NCBI GenBank assembly: GCA_963751025.1
Contig: CAVVTC010000010.1
Location: 74,121-138,120 of the forward strand
Length of the DNA: 64,000 bases
Source: an uncultured Acidobacteriota bacterium
Lineage (GTDB): Bacteria; Acidobacteriota; Vicinamibacteria; Vicinamibacterales; UBA2999
Reading direction: 5' to 3'
The notes below the pieces were generated by a model. The model was given only the letters and a program-made list of their open reading frames with translations. It ran no database searches and was not told where the DNA came from. This document shows positions 1 to 9,079 of the stretch, one piece after another. Position numbers and translations under genes: made by a program. How positions within the stretch are numbered: position 1 is the stretch's first letter; each line of letters begins with the position of its first letter.

Positions 1-586
1 ACCGCTGGAGGAGGCGCCTCCACCCGTGGAGCCCGATCTCCTCTCCAGACGCCGCTGGTGCAGGCCTCCCCCCTTTTGCCCATGACGGCACCGAGAGGCG
101 CATCGTGCGCCCCCAAGACCCTGCTGAACAGACCGATTGTTATAGCGGCAAGAAAAAAGACCACACGGTGAAAAATGTCTTGCTGGTCAATGCGCCGCTC
201 ACGATCCTGTTTCTGAGTGACACCTACGGCGGTCGCACGCATGACAAGCGCATCGCTGACGCCACGCCGTATCCCTTGCCGGCAGGGAGTCAGCTGTTAC
301 AGGACCTGGGTTTTCTGGCCTTCACGCTTCCTGAGGTGGAGATTCTCATGCCGACGAAGAAACCCCGTGGGCAGAGAGCTCACGGTGGAGGAGCAACTGG
401 CCAACCAGGCGCTGCACCAGCGTCGGCTGCGGATCGAGCATGTCAACAGCAGTGTGAAGCGCTGTCGCATCGTCAAAGACCGGCTGCGCTTGTGGAAGAA
501 GGGCAGTCCGAGATCAGGTGATGGAAATCTGCTGTGCGCTGCACAACTTCCGGGTGCGTCTGAGCCCGTGGCAGCCCATGATTTAA
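1..586 (+). pseudogene. IS5-family (DDE_Tnp_4 / Harbinger-like) transposase remnant. The 5' end lies outside the window and the frame is broken near ~365 and ~505.
   Basis: Frame-hopping translation gives ..DGTERRIVRPQDPAEQTDCYSGKKKDHTVKNVLLVN..SDTYGGRTHDKRIAD.., then ..LTVEEQLANQALHQRRLRIEHVNSSVKRCRIVKDRLRLWKKG.., then ..VMEICCALHNFRVRLSPWQPMI*. This is the usual motif order of this transposase class. The pieces lie in three frames: ORFs 105..521 and 217..639, plus a third frame ending at TAA 584-586. Confidence 0.7.
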
Positions 587-659
587 TCGGGATAAACTCA
601 AGTGTCTTCCAGTCCGAAATGCGCTTGACACTTCCATAGACCAATTGTATATTGGAGCT

Positions 660-1835
660 ATGATCATACGCAAGGGCTATAAATACCGGCTTCAGACCAA
701 GCTGGAAACGAGAGAGACCTTTGCTCAATTTGCCGGAGCGTGCCGCTTTGTCTGGAACAAGGTCGTGGCCCTCAATGAAGGCAGGTATCAAGCGGGTGTG
801 CCACGATTGACTTACGGGGACGCTGCCGGTGCGTTGCGGCTCTGGAAGCAGAGCGAGGAATACGGTTTTCTGTCTGACGCGCACTCGCAAGTGCTCCAGC
901 AGTGCCTCAAAGACCTTGAGCGAGCGTATATCAATTTCTTTCAAGGCCGAGCCAAGCCGCCTCAGTTCCGCAAGAAGTTTCTCGACGATACATTCCGTTT
1001 TCCCCAAGGCTTCAAGGTCGATGGCAACCGCGTCTACCTGCCTAAAATCGGTTGGGTATCGTTTTGGAAAAGCCGCGGTATCGAAGGCACGATCAAAAAC
1101 GTCACCGTCTCCAGGCGTGGTGAACACTGGTTTGTGTCTTTTCAGGTTGAAATCGATGTTGATGAGCCTTCGCACCCATCGAGCGCCGCAGTGGGTATCG
1201 ACATGGGTATTGCCTGCTTTGCCGCTCGCTCCGATGGTGAGCGCATTAAGCCGCTGGGCGCCTTCCGTAGACACGAAGCCAAACTGGCGAGGGAGCAGCA
1301 AAAACTCTCTGCCAAGGTGAAATTTTCCAACAACTGGATCAAACAAAAACGCAAGGTGAACCGGGTTCACCAACAGATTGCCAACCTGCGTCATGACTTT
1401 CTGCACAAGGAATCGACGAAGATCAGCAAAAACCACGCGGTCGTTGTAGTCGAGGACTTGAAAGTGTCGAATATGTCCAGGTCGGCAAGCGGTACGATGG
1501 AAGCGCCGGGCCGAAACGTCGCTCAGAAATCCGGCTTGAACAAGGCGATTCTCGACCAGGGCTGGGGCACGTTCCGCACCATGCTGGAATACAAGCAGGC
1601 GTGGAGAGGCGGTACGGTCATTGCCGTTGCCCCGCAATACACCTCGCGGAAGTGTGCCGAGTGCGGCCATGTGTCGTCTGAAAATCGTCCGTCTCAAGCG
1701 GTGTTCTCCTGTGTGGCGTGTGGTCACACGGACCATGCCGATGTCAATGCAGCCCGCAATGTGCTCGCGGCCGGACTGGCCGAGAGTCTAAACGCCTGCG
1801 GACCCGAGCGGTCTTCAGGAATCCCCGTCCTTTAG
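660..1835 (+). CDS. tnpB: TnpB (OrfB), the RNA-guided RuvC-type nuclease of the IS200/IS605 family. It appears intact.
   Basis: ATG at 660 has GGAG 3 nt upstream. RuvC-like residues sit in the expected order: VGIDMGIA (D), AVVVVEDLKV (E), HTDHADVNAARN (D). There is a CxxC..CxxC zinc finger (CAECGH...CVACGH). The N-terminus MIIRKGYKYRL is typical of OrfB_IS605. Confidence 0.9.
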   Translation: MIIRKGYKYRLQTKLETRETFAQFAGACRFVWNKVVALNEGRYQAGVPRLTYGDAAGALRLWKQSEEYGFLSDAHSQVLQQCLKDLERAYINFFQGRAKPPQFRKKFLDDTFRFPQGFKVDGNRVYLPKIGWVSFWKSRGIEGTIKNVTVSRRGEHWFVSFQVEIDVDEPSHPSSAAVGIDMGIACFAARSDGERIKPLGAFRRHEAKLAREQQKLSAKVKFSNNWIKQKRKVNRVHQQIANLRHDFLHKESTKISKNHAVVVVEDLKVSNMSRSASGTMEAPGRNVAQKSGLNKAILDQGWGTFRTMLEYKQAWRGGTVIAVAPQYTSRKCAECGHVSSENRPSQAVFSCVACGHTDHADVNAARNVLAAGLAESLNACGPERSSGIPVL

Positions 1836-1852
1836 GGCGGGGAGGATGTCAA
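1700..1852 (+). ncRNA. Candidate omega-RNA (reRNA) scaffold overlapping the tnpB 3' end. The 5' limit is a guess.
   Basis: Established TnpB biology places the guide RNA over the 3' end of tnpB and the right end of the IS. The sequence shows an 8-bp hairpin, CCCCGTCC (1823-1830) - TTTA - GGGCGGGG (1835-1842, one G-U pair), across the stop codon. The interrupted host frame follows directly from 1853. Confidence 0.35.
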
Positions 1853-2113
1853 GATTCCGGGAGTTGATGAAACGGTTCGGGTCAATGGCACGGTCACCAT
1901 GGTAGATAAAGCAGAACTTGATCGCCGTCAAATCGACATGTCCTTATACAACCCGGACGACAATGCCAAACATTTGCAGGGTATTCTCATCGAAGTCAAT
2001 GAGGCTTATGGCCACTGTCCACGGCCCTGAAATTTTCCCAACTCTGGAATGTTGAGCAAATCAAAGCACATCAGGGCAAACGGCCCGTCTCAGATCGGCC
2101 CTACGACAGCTAG
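1853..2113 (+). pseudogene. 3' fragment of a PPOX-class (pyridoxamine-5'-phosphate-oxidase-like) FMN-binding protein. It is cut by the IS and has one further frameshift near 2025.
   Basis: Translation reads IPGVDETVRVNGTVTMVDKAELDRRQIDM..LQGILIEVNEAYGHCPR. After a 1-nt shift it continues ALKFSQLWNVEQIKAHQG..*, ending at TAG 2111-2113. No matching 5' half is present upstream in the window. Confidence 0.5.
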
Positions 2114-2862
2114 CGCTCGCGGTCGTGCCCAGGAGCGAAGTGCCGCATGAGCACGCCGGGGATATAGGGCATCAGACGCGCAACGATCGCCATTTGCCAA
2201 GGGAAGGTATAAACGCGCCGTTTTTTCCGGATGGCTCGGACAATTTTTTGCACAGCGACATCCGTGGGCAACAAAAAAGGCATATAGAACGCGTTCTCGG
2301 CCGTCATCTCGGAGATGACATAGCCGGGGTTGATGGTCGTCATCGCAATGCCATACGGGCGCAGACTCCAAGCATATCCTTCCATTAACGTACGTACCGC
2401 CATTTTTGTCGCCGCATAGGTGGTGGCCCTCGGGAGCGCACGAAAACCGGCGACCGAGGCCATAGCCACGAGATGGCCTCGGTTTTGCCGTTGCATCGGC
2501 GGGATAAACGGCAAGAAGGTGTTCAGCAATCCGGTAACATTTACCTCGAAGATGCGAGCGTGATAGGCAGGGTCGCCGGAATTGAGATCATCCGGCCCCC
2601 CTACTCCAGCGTTGGCAATCACCAAATCAATCCCGCCTGTCTGCTCAAGAAAGGCTGAGGCATAAGTGCACATCACGGTGTCATCGCACACATCGATCGG
2701 TTCGGCGATGACGGTTGCTCCCTGTCGCTCACACCGCATGGCCACGTCCGCCAGTCGGCCTCGACGGCGGCCGAGCAGTCCAATTGACGTGCCGGGTTGT
2801 GCATAGTAAAACGCAAGTGCTTCGCCAATGCCTGAAGTGGTACCCGTAATGACGACTTTCAT
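2110..2862 (-). CDS. Short-chain dehydrogenase/reductase (SDR) family oxidoreductase.
   Basis: The likely start gives MKVVITGTTSGIGEAL (a TGxxxGIG Rossmann motif). Also present are NAGVGG and the catalytic YAATK (YxxxK). This lies within ORF 2110..2922. Confidence 0.85.
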   Translation of the reverse strand: MKVVITGTTSGIGEALAFYYAQPGTSIGLLGRRRGRLADVAMRCERQGATVIAEPIDVCDDTVMCTYASAFLEQTGGIDLVIANAGVGGPDDLNSGDPAYHARIFEVNVTGLLNTFLPFIPPMQRQNRGHLVAMASVAGFRALPRATTYAATKMAVRTLMEGYAWSLRPYGIAMTTINPGYVISEMTAENAFYMPFLLPTDVAVQKIVRAIRKKRRVYTFPWQMAIVARLMPYIPGVLMRHFAPGHDRER

Positions 2863-2881
2863 AGTCAGGTCCTGTTCGATC

Positions 2882-4366
2882 TCAGACCGCCGCATAGCGC
2901 GAGGAGTAGCGGCGTTCGGCAATGCCGAAACTCACCAATGACGCCCCGATCAACGCCACCAGCCCCAAACCAAAGGCGATATCGTAACTGCCCGTGGTAT
3001 CATACAGCACGCCGGCTAGCCACATGCTGGCGCCAGCGCCCACTGGTGCACCACACCAACAGGGCAATGCCATTGAGCGTTCCCAAGGCGCGCATGCCAT
3101 AGACTTCACTGGTCAAGGCAGACACCGATGTCGGCGTTGCCAGCCAGGACAGACCGGCCAATACGGCAAACGCATACAACGCCAAATCATGACGCCAAAA
3201 CAATAACAGCGCAAACGCCACGCCCGCATGGCATAGGCGAGTCCCATGACATTTTTGCGTCCCAAGCGGTCGGAAATCGCACCGGAGAGCAAGGCCCCTA
3301 TCACAGCAAAGACCGATAGCATACCAAAGATAAACGCCGCTGCCTCGGTTGACAAGGCCTCGGTCGGTGGCCAGAGGAATGAAATGGGTAAACAGGGCAA
3401 CGGTCATGCCACATACAAAGTAGCTGCCGTTGATCTGCCACAGCGGCGCACTGCGTATGGCATCACCCCAGTGTTCGACTTCCAACGGCCCCTGCACGCG
3501 GGGTTGCCGACACGCTCTGCCGCCTCCGGCGATCGCTGCCGAGGAATCAGACACGCCATGGGACCATCATGACCAACGCGACCATGCCCAGGTACACATA
3601 GCTCATGCGCCAGCCGCATGCTCGGAGCATCTGGGCGCTGACCAGTACGAGACAGAATTGCCCCACCGCCCAGCAATCTAATTTTGAAAAAATATCCTCT
3701 ATTTTGCAGGCTTTCTGCCGGGGAATGTGATCTACATATCAATGAGGGTGACAGAGAATTCGTCCATTTTGGACAAAATGTTGACAATTGCCCAATAGAC
3801 TAACCGTCGTAGTCACCTTTCGAGGTCCCTGTTCAACCGCATCGGGCCCAAGATTAGAATTGCCCCACCGCCATGGCCGAATTGTTAATGCCCAGCGCCA
3901 TGCCACGACGATGCGCGGGAAACCACTGCGCCACCAAGGCATTGCATAAGGCAACCGACGTGCCGGCCATCGCCAGCGCCAGAACAAAGCCATAAACGAC
4001 CAGCAAATACGCCACACTGTTACTCAGGCCAATCAATCCGAACCCCACGCCAAAGACCACCGAGCTGACGATAAACAACCACCGAGCCCCATGGCGGTCC
4101 ATGACATAACCGATAAACGGGGTCATAAAACCACCCAGCCAGATGTTGACTGCCGCGACCATCGACAGCGTACCTCGCCCCCAGCCTAATTCGTCGATCA
4201 TCGCTTTGAAAAACACGCCCAGGGTCGAACGCATCCCCAGGGTTATAAAGGTCAGACAAAAGCCACGGCCAACATCACCCAACAATACCCGGCACGATCC
4301 TGTCCCTGGTTCGGCATGTGTGATCAACGCACGTCTCCCCCGGCACGGTATACAGGGCATTATCAA
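2882..4366 (-). pseudogene. MFS transporter (oxalate/formate-antiporter-like) disrupted by a 185-bp insertion and by further frame breaks.
   Basis: The N-terminal half is ORF 3854..4366 (..GFMTPFIGYVMDRHGARW..QWFPAHRRGMALGINNSAMAVGQF*). The frame continues exactly after the insert as AVGQFCLVLVSAQMLRACGWRMSYVYLGMVALV. Later pieces are ORFs 3113..3400 (..SGAISDRLGRKN..) and 2882..3109 (C-terminus). Confidence 0.75.
3654..3872. repeat. Perfect 17-bp direct repeat AGAATTGCCCCACCGCC (3654-3670 and 3856-3872) flanking a 185-bp AT-richer insert.
   Basis: Both copies were read directly from the sequence. Removing the insert plus one repeat copy restores the MFS reading frame. The insert contains the palindrome CATTTTG-GA-CAAAATG followed by TTGACA. 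Confidence 0.85.
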
Positions 4367-5190
4367 TCAGGCGCGTGCGTCCGATATATACGGCCAACGC
4401 CACCAACACAGCCTCCGACAATGTCTCTACAGGCAACAGCGATTTCGGATCGCAGATCACTGCATAGTCAAGCCGGGCCAAGGGTTCGGCGGCGATCACC
4501 TCACGGAGCGCGGCTTCAAGCGGCGCCGCCCGCCGCTCTCCCTCGACAATGCGTGCCTCGGCCACATGAGGGCGCACGTGACAAGACCAAAGCGGCAGGT
4601 CGCTCTTCCGGGTTGAGATAGGCATTTCGTGAACTCATCGCCAAGCCGTCGGTCTCCCGCACGATCGGACACACCACCACCGTCAACGGCATGTTCAAAT
4701 CGGTCACCATGCGTTGAATCACGGCCGCTTGCTGATAATCCTTTTGTCCGAAATAGGCTCGATCCGGCCCGACCATATTGAACAGCTTCGCCACCACGGT
4801 GGTCACGCCATTAAAATGTCCCGGGCGCGAGGCACCGCAAAGCGACGCGGTCAACCCATGAACGGACACCTCACTTTGAAACCCTTCTGGATAAACGTCA
4901 CTGACATCGGGCGTGAAGACCACATCCACACCACCATCCCGCGCCAAGCGTAAGTCATGCTCCATATCGCGAGGATAACTCTCAAAATCCTCACTGGGTC
5001 CAAACTGCTTAGGATTGACGAAAATAGACATGACCACAATATCACAATCCTGACGCGCCGCATGCACCAGGCTGAGATGCCCGTCGTGTAAAAACCCCAT
5101 GGTCGGGACCAAACCAATACATTTGCCCGCCAGCCGTTGTTCACCGAGATACTGCCGCAATGCGGCCACCGAGTCGATGACACGCATCAT
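4275..5190 (-). pseudogene. panC: Pantoate--beta-alanine ligase with one frame break near ~4560-4600.
   Basis: ORF 4516..5190 carries [14 protein letters not shown] (HxGH), [18 protein letters not shown] and AMSSRNAYL. The C-terminus continues in ORF 4275..4625 (..[47 protein letters not shown]). Confidence 0.85.
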
Positions 5191-5433
5191 GTGCCCTCCC
5201 CTAGATTGCCAACCCCAAAACCTTCCTCAACAGGCGGTCTCTCCCGAAGCGCCATCAAACTACGACATCTTATCAAGATACGCAACCGATCCCATTCTGA
5301 CTTCCTATTGGTTTTTCCTATTTGATCTATCCACGATGGATTTATATACTACCGAGATTCTTACCGCAAAGATGGCAATATATGAATATCTGTATGAAAA
5401 GGAAGTGATGGATGTTAAAGCGTTTGATCATGC

Positions 5434-6291
5434 TTGGCACTTAGTCTAGCGATGGTGCTCAGTGCGTCATCTGTACTGGCCCAAGGGGCCTCGAAACCCT
5501 TTACGTTTACGGCGATTCCAGACGAAGATACCGCCCGCTTGCAACAACGATTTTCGAAGGTAGCACAATATCTCTCGGAAAAGCTAGGTGTTGAAGTCAA
5601 GTACATTCCGGTCAAGTCGTACAGCGCTTCCGTCGCCGCCTTTAAAAACAATGAAGTGCAACTCGCCTGGTTCGGCGGCCTCTCGGGTGTACAGGCTCGC
5701 CTCGACGTTCCCGGTTCTATGGCCATTGCTCAAGGGGAGGAAGATCCCGAGTTCATCTCATATTTTATTGCCCATAGCAGTACGGGACTAACTTCCTCAG
5801 AGGCGTTTCCACGCGAGATTGAAGGCAAGACCTTTACCTTTGGTTCCAAAGGGTCGACCTCCGGACGCCTGATGCCGGAGTACTTTATTCGCAAGGAGCT
5901 AGGAAAATCACCTCGTGACGCCTTTAAACGGGTGGGCTATAGTGGCGACCATTCTAAAACGCTGGCGTTGGTACAATCGGGCAGCTATGAAGTCGGCGCC
6001 CTGAACTATAAAGTATGGGAAAACGAAGTGAAAGCCGGCACGGTGGACGAAAGCAAAGTGCGGGTGATCTGGAAAACGCCAAGCTATCCGGACTACAACT
6101 GGACGGTCCGGGGGGATGTCAACGAGACTTGGGGGGAGGGGTTTATCGACAAGGTTCAACAGGCCCTGCTAGACATGAAAGATCCCGAACTGCTCGCCTC
6201 GTTTCCCCGCGCCAGCTTTATTAAGGCTGACAATTCGATGTATCAGCCCATTCTGGACACCGCACGCGAAATCGGCATTTTACAGAAGTAG
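5434..6291 (+). CDS. Phosphonate/phosphite-type ABC transporter substrate-binding protein (PhnD-like).
   Basis: There is a signal-like N-terminus (ALSLAMVLSASSVLAQG), followed by FTFTAIPDEDTARLQQRFSKVAQYLSEKLGVEVKYIPVKSYSASVAAFKNNEVQLAWFGG. The start is TTG. An upstream ATG (MLKRLIML..) lies in another frame, which suggests an N-terminal indel. Confidence 0.8.
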   Translation: MALSLAMVLSASSVLAQGASKPFTFTAIPDEDTARLQQRFSKVAQYLSEKLGVEVKYIPVKSYSASVAAFKNNEVQLAWFGGLSGVQARLDVPGSMAIAQGEEDPEFISYFIAHSSTGLTSSEAFPREIEGKTFTFGSKGSTSGRLMPEYFIRKELGKSPRDAFKRVGYSGDHSKTLALVQSGSYEVGALNYKVWENEVKAGTVDESKVRVIWKTPSYPDYNWTVRGDVNETWGEGFIDKVQQALLDMKDPELLASFPRASFIKADNSMYQPILDTAREIGILQK

Positions 6292-6951
6292 TTGAATATG
6301 TTTGAATTAGACCAGGCAAACATTGCCTACGGCAATCAGGTTGCCTTGCGCAATATCTCCTTGCGTATTGAAGCGGGCGAGCATGTCGCCTTTATCGGCC
6401 CGAGTGGTGCTGGCAAAACCACGTTGCTCAAGACGTTGTACGAACAGCGTCCGCAAGACGCCTCGTTCGTACACCAGCACTATGCGTTGGTGCCCCAACT
6501 CTCGGCCTTTCACAACGTATACATGGGACGGCTCGATCACTATTCAGTGTGGAAAAACCTGCACAACTTGATGTGGCCTCGTAAAGATACCAAAGCGGAA
6601 ATCGTCCCCCTCCTCGACGAACTCGGGTTGGCAACATTTGCCTTCAAGCGCGTGGGTACGCTATCGGGTGGTCAGCAACAGCGTACGGCTATCGCCCGCG
6701 CCATGTACCGAGCCAGCAATGTCATGTTCGCGGATGAACCGGTTTCTTCGGTGGACCCGCATCAAGCAGGCATGGTGCTGGAGCTGATCATGAAACGCCA
6801 GCAGACTGTCATTCTATCGCTCCACGCGGTCGAGCTAGCGCTGGAATTCGCCCAGCGCATCGTTGGGCTGCGCCTTGGGGCGGTTGCTTTTGACCTGCCT
6901 GCCAAACAGGTTTCCCCTTCGCACTTGGCCCAGCTCTATCAACCATGCTGA
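6292..6951 (+). CDS. ABC transporter ATP-binding protein (PhnC-like).
   Basis: Walker A GPSGAGKTT, signature LSGGQQQR and Walker B MFADEP are present. It follows directly after the binding-protein gene. Confidence 0.85.
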   Translation: MNMFELDQANIAYGNQVALRNISLRIEAGEHVAFIGPSGAGKTTLLKTLYEQRPQDASFVHQHYALVPQLSAFHNVYMGRLDHYSVWKNLHNLMWPRKDTKAEIVPLLDELGLATFAFKRVGTLSGGQQQRTAIARAMYRASNVMFADEPVSSVDPHQAGMVLELIMKRQQTVILSLHAVELALEFAQRIVGLRLGAVAFDLPAKQVSPSHLAQLYQPC

Positions 6952-8438
6952 AAACGTCTTTGTTTTTTTTGGGCCTCGCTCTTATCTTACTCGTAGGTTT
7001 CTCAGATGTTGAGATCACCACTCTCGATCCATGGACTGAGCTTTCGCGCCTCGCCTGGGGGGCGCTCACGCCTGACCTGTCTTACCTGCCGGACATTTGG
7101 CGCGCTTTAGCCAACACCATTGCGGTGGCATTTGGTGGCATTTTTCTAGCCTGCATGGCTGGTTCCCTACTGGCTTTTGGTTTTCACTGGACGCCGATTC
7201 GTCTGGCCTGCGCCTGGATTCGCGCGATTCACGAACTGTTTTGGGCCTTTCTGTTCATGCCTCTGGTCGGGCTAAATCCACTCTGCGCCGTGCTCGCGAT
7301 TGGCGTTCCATACGCCGGTATTTTTGCCAAGGTGTACGCCGAGATTCAACAGGAGTCCGACCAGCAGCCGCTCCAAGGGCTGCCGGCTGAGACCGGATGG
7401 CTAAGCCGATTCTGTTTCGGCGTGCTGCCCGTGATTTATCCCGACATCAAACACTATACCGCCTATCGCTTTGAATGTGCTCTGCGCTCGAGTGCGATTA
7501 TGGGGTTCATTGGCTTGCCCACCCTTGGATTTCACCTCGAAACCGCTTTTCGCGAAGGCATGTACGCGGAAGTCTGGGCGATTCTCTACGCTTTTTTTCT
7601 CCTCATCGCCTCCCTCAAACTGTGGGTTAAACCCCGGTTTGTCATGCTGTACGTCATCGCCTCATTTGCCTTCTTTACTCAGGATATCAACCTGTCGTGG
7701 GACAATATCTATCGTTTTATCACCTACGATATCCTGCCCTGGCCCATGCGCAGCGAGGGATTTTACGCAGGGACGCGAGCCGTGACGTTCGCCTGGGGTC
7801 CGGTATGGGAATGGTTTCGCGACATTTGGTACGGCGAAGCCCTGGAAGGTATTTGGAACACGCTGGTTCTGACCCAAATTGTCCTAGCCGGCACCGGTTT
7901 AGTTGCCATGCTGCAGTTTCCCGGTATCAGTCGGCATTTTGCCTCCACGGGGACACGCATGGGCATGCAGGGCTGGCTCATCTTGCTGCGCACCACGCCC
8001 GAGTACATTCTGGCATACATCGGCATTCAACTCTGGGGACCGTCCATGTTGCCAGCCATCATGGCGATTTCGCTACACAACGGCGCCATACTGGCTTACT
8101 TGAGCGGCCAGAACGCCGATCTCGTCGAACTTACCGCAGACGCTTCAAAGCGTCGACCCAATCGCTACTTTTACGAAATCTTGCCTCGGGTATACGGTCA
8201 GTTTCTCGCCTTTTTGTTCTATCGTTGGGAAGTCATGATGCGCGAGTCGGCAATATTAGGGATTCTGGGTGTCTACACCCTGGGGTTTTATATCGACAGT
8301 GCCATTAGCGACAACCAACTAGATAAAGCGGTCGTACTCATCATGATTACCGCTCTGCTCAATATTGGCATCGATACCACCTCGCAGTTCATCCGCCGCC
8401 GCCTAAAAATTTCGGCAAGTCTGGTGACCTCATCCTGA
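6945..8438 (+). CDS. ABC transporter permease, a duplicated PhnE-like fusion.
   Basis: This is a 497-aa polytopic protein with two similar halves, each carrying a PhnE-type loop (ECALRSSAIMGFIGLPTLGFHLE and EVMMRESAILGILGVYTLGFYID). It overlaps the ATPase gene stop. Confidence 0.8.
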   Translation: MLKTSLFFLGLALILLVGFSDVEITTLDPWTELSRLAWGALTPDLSYLPDIWRALANTIAVAFGGIFLACMAGSLLAFGFHWTPIRLACAWIRAIHELFWAFLFMPLVGLNPLCAVLAIGVPYAGIFAKVYAEIQQESDQQPLQGLPAETGWLSRFCFGVLPVIYPDIKHYTAYRFECALRSSAIMGFIGLPTLGFHLETAFREGMYAEVWAILYAFFLLIASLKLWVKPRFVMLYVIASFAFFTQDINLSWDNIYRFITYDILPWPMRSEGFYAGTRAVTFAWGPVWEWFRDIWYGEALEGIWNTLVLTQIVLAGTGLVAMLQFPGISRHFASTGTRMGMQGWLILLRTTPEYILAYIGIQLWGPSMLPAIMAISLHNGAILAYLSGQNADLVELTADASKRRPNRYFYEILPRVYGQFLAFLFYRWEVMMRESAILGILGVYTLGFYIDSAISDNQLDKAVVLIMITALLNIGIDTTSQFIRRRLKISASLVTSS

Positions 8439-8585
8439 GAAGCCAGCCGCCATCCATCGTCCATCTCGAGGAGACGAGCGACTGGATGTCATCGTCGGTT
8501 TGAGGTGTGACCAGACTTCAACAGATAAATCGCACATCCACTCATAAGAGGGTTTACATCTTATATCAGGTATGTAATTATACAA

Positions 8586-8604
8586 AATGATAATAGTTAT
8601 CATT
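8586..8604. promoter_or_regulatory. Fur-box-like palindrome AATGATAATAGTTATCATT.
   Basis: The perfect inverted arms AATGATAA / TTATCATT match the GATAATGATAATCATTATC consensus core. The site lies ~80 nt upstream of the XRE/imelysin gene string. Confidence 0.55.
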
Positions 8605-8680
8605 TTCAATGTGTTAGTCACACACAGTCATCGGCTCATCATGTGTGAACCATCATTATGGGGTGTATAGGGGATATCGA

Positions 8681-8935
8681 ATGTCTGGGGGGATGTGGGC
8701 AGGCGGCAGTAGTGAACGCATTTTACAGGATTTGGGCAATCGGTTACGGGAGCTGCGCAAGGGTCGTAATCTCCGCCAGTTTGACATGGCGTCATTCGGC
8801 CTCAGCTATAAATACTATCAACGACTGGAATCGGGACAAGTCAATCCCACCTTGGTGACGCTGCAAAGGCTGGCGACTGCGTTTGATGTTTCCGTTTACG
8901 ATCTGTTCCGGCCCAAATCACATTCTGAATCGTAG
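8681..8935 (+). CDS. XRE-family helix-turn-helix transcriptional regulator.
   Basis: LGNRLRELRKGRNLRQFDMASFGLSYKYYQRLESGQVNPTLVTLQRLATAFDVSVYDLF is a classic HTH_3 pattern. The start was chosen at the internal ATG of ORF 8645..8935. Confidence 0.75.
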   Translation: MSGGMWAGGSSERILQDLGNRLRELRKGRNLRQFDMASFGLSYKYYQRLESGQVNPTLVTLQRLATAFDVSVYDLFRPKSHSES

Positions 8936-9079
8936 ACACTCAGTTCGCTACGAGATACTGAGTACGACACAGGCGTCGTCATACACCAGCTAGAGCGTAT
9001 GTTCAGATTGAATAAACATTATTCGCCCTGAAGTATGGGATGCGAGAGATAAGGCATACATCGAGGAGATCGGAAAAAC

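Larger units (their letters stand above)
590..1852 (+). mobile_element. TnpB-only IS200/IS605-family element (IS1341-like, no tnpA). Boundaries are approximate.
   Basis: The single tnpB ORF is preceded by an inverted repeat, AAGTGTC (600-606) / GACACTT (629-635). It is followed by a terminal hairpin straddling the stop codon. A host PPOX-type reading frame resumes at 1853. Confidence 0.7.

Noticed and set aside
297-1736. 479-aa minus-strand ORF, the longest ORF in the first 2 kb.
   Set aside because: It is exactly antisense to tnpB and has no recognisable motifs. The plus-strand frame carries the full TnpB motif set, so this is a shadow ORF.
3404-3787. 127-aa minus-strand ORF spanning the 185-bp insert.
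   Set aside because: It reads from the insert into out-of-frame MFS sequence. It is an artefact of the insertion and frame breaks.
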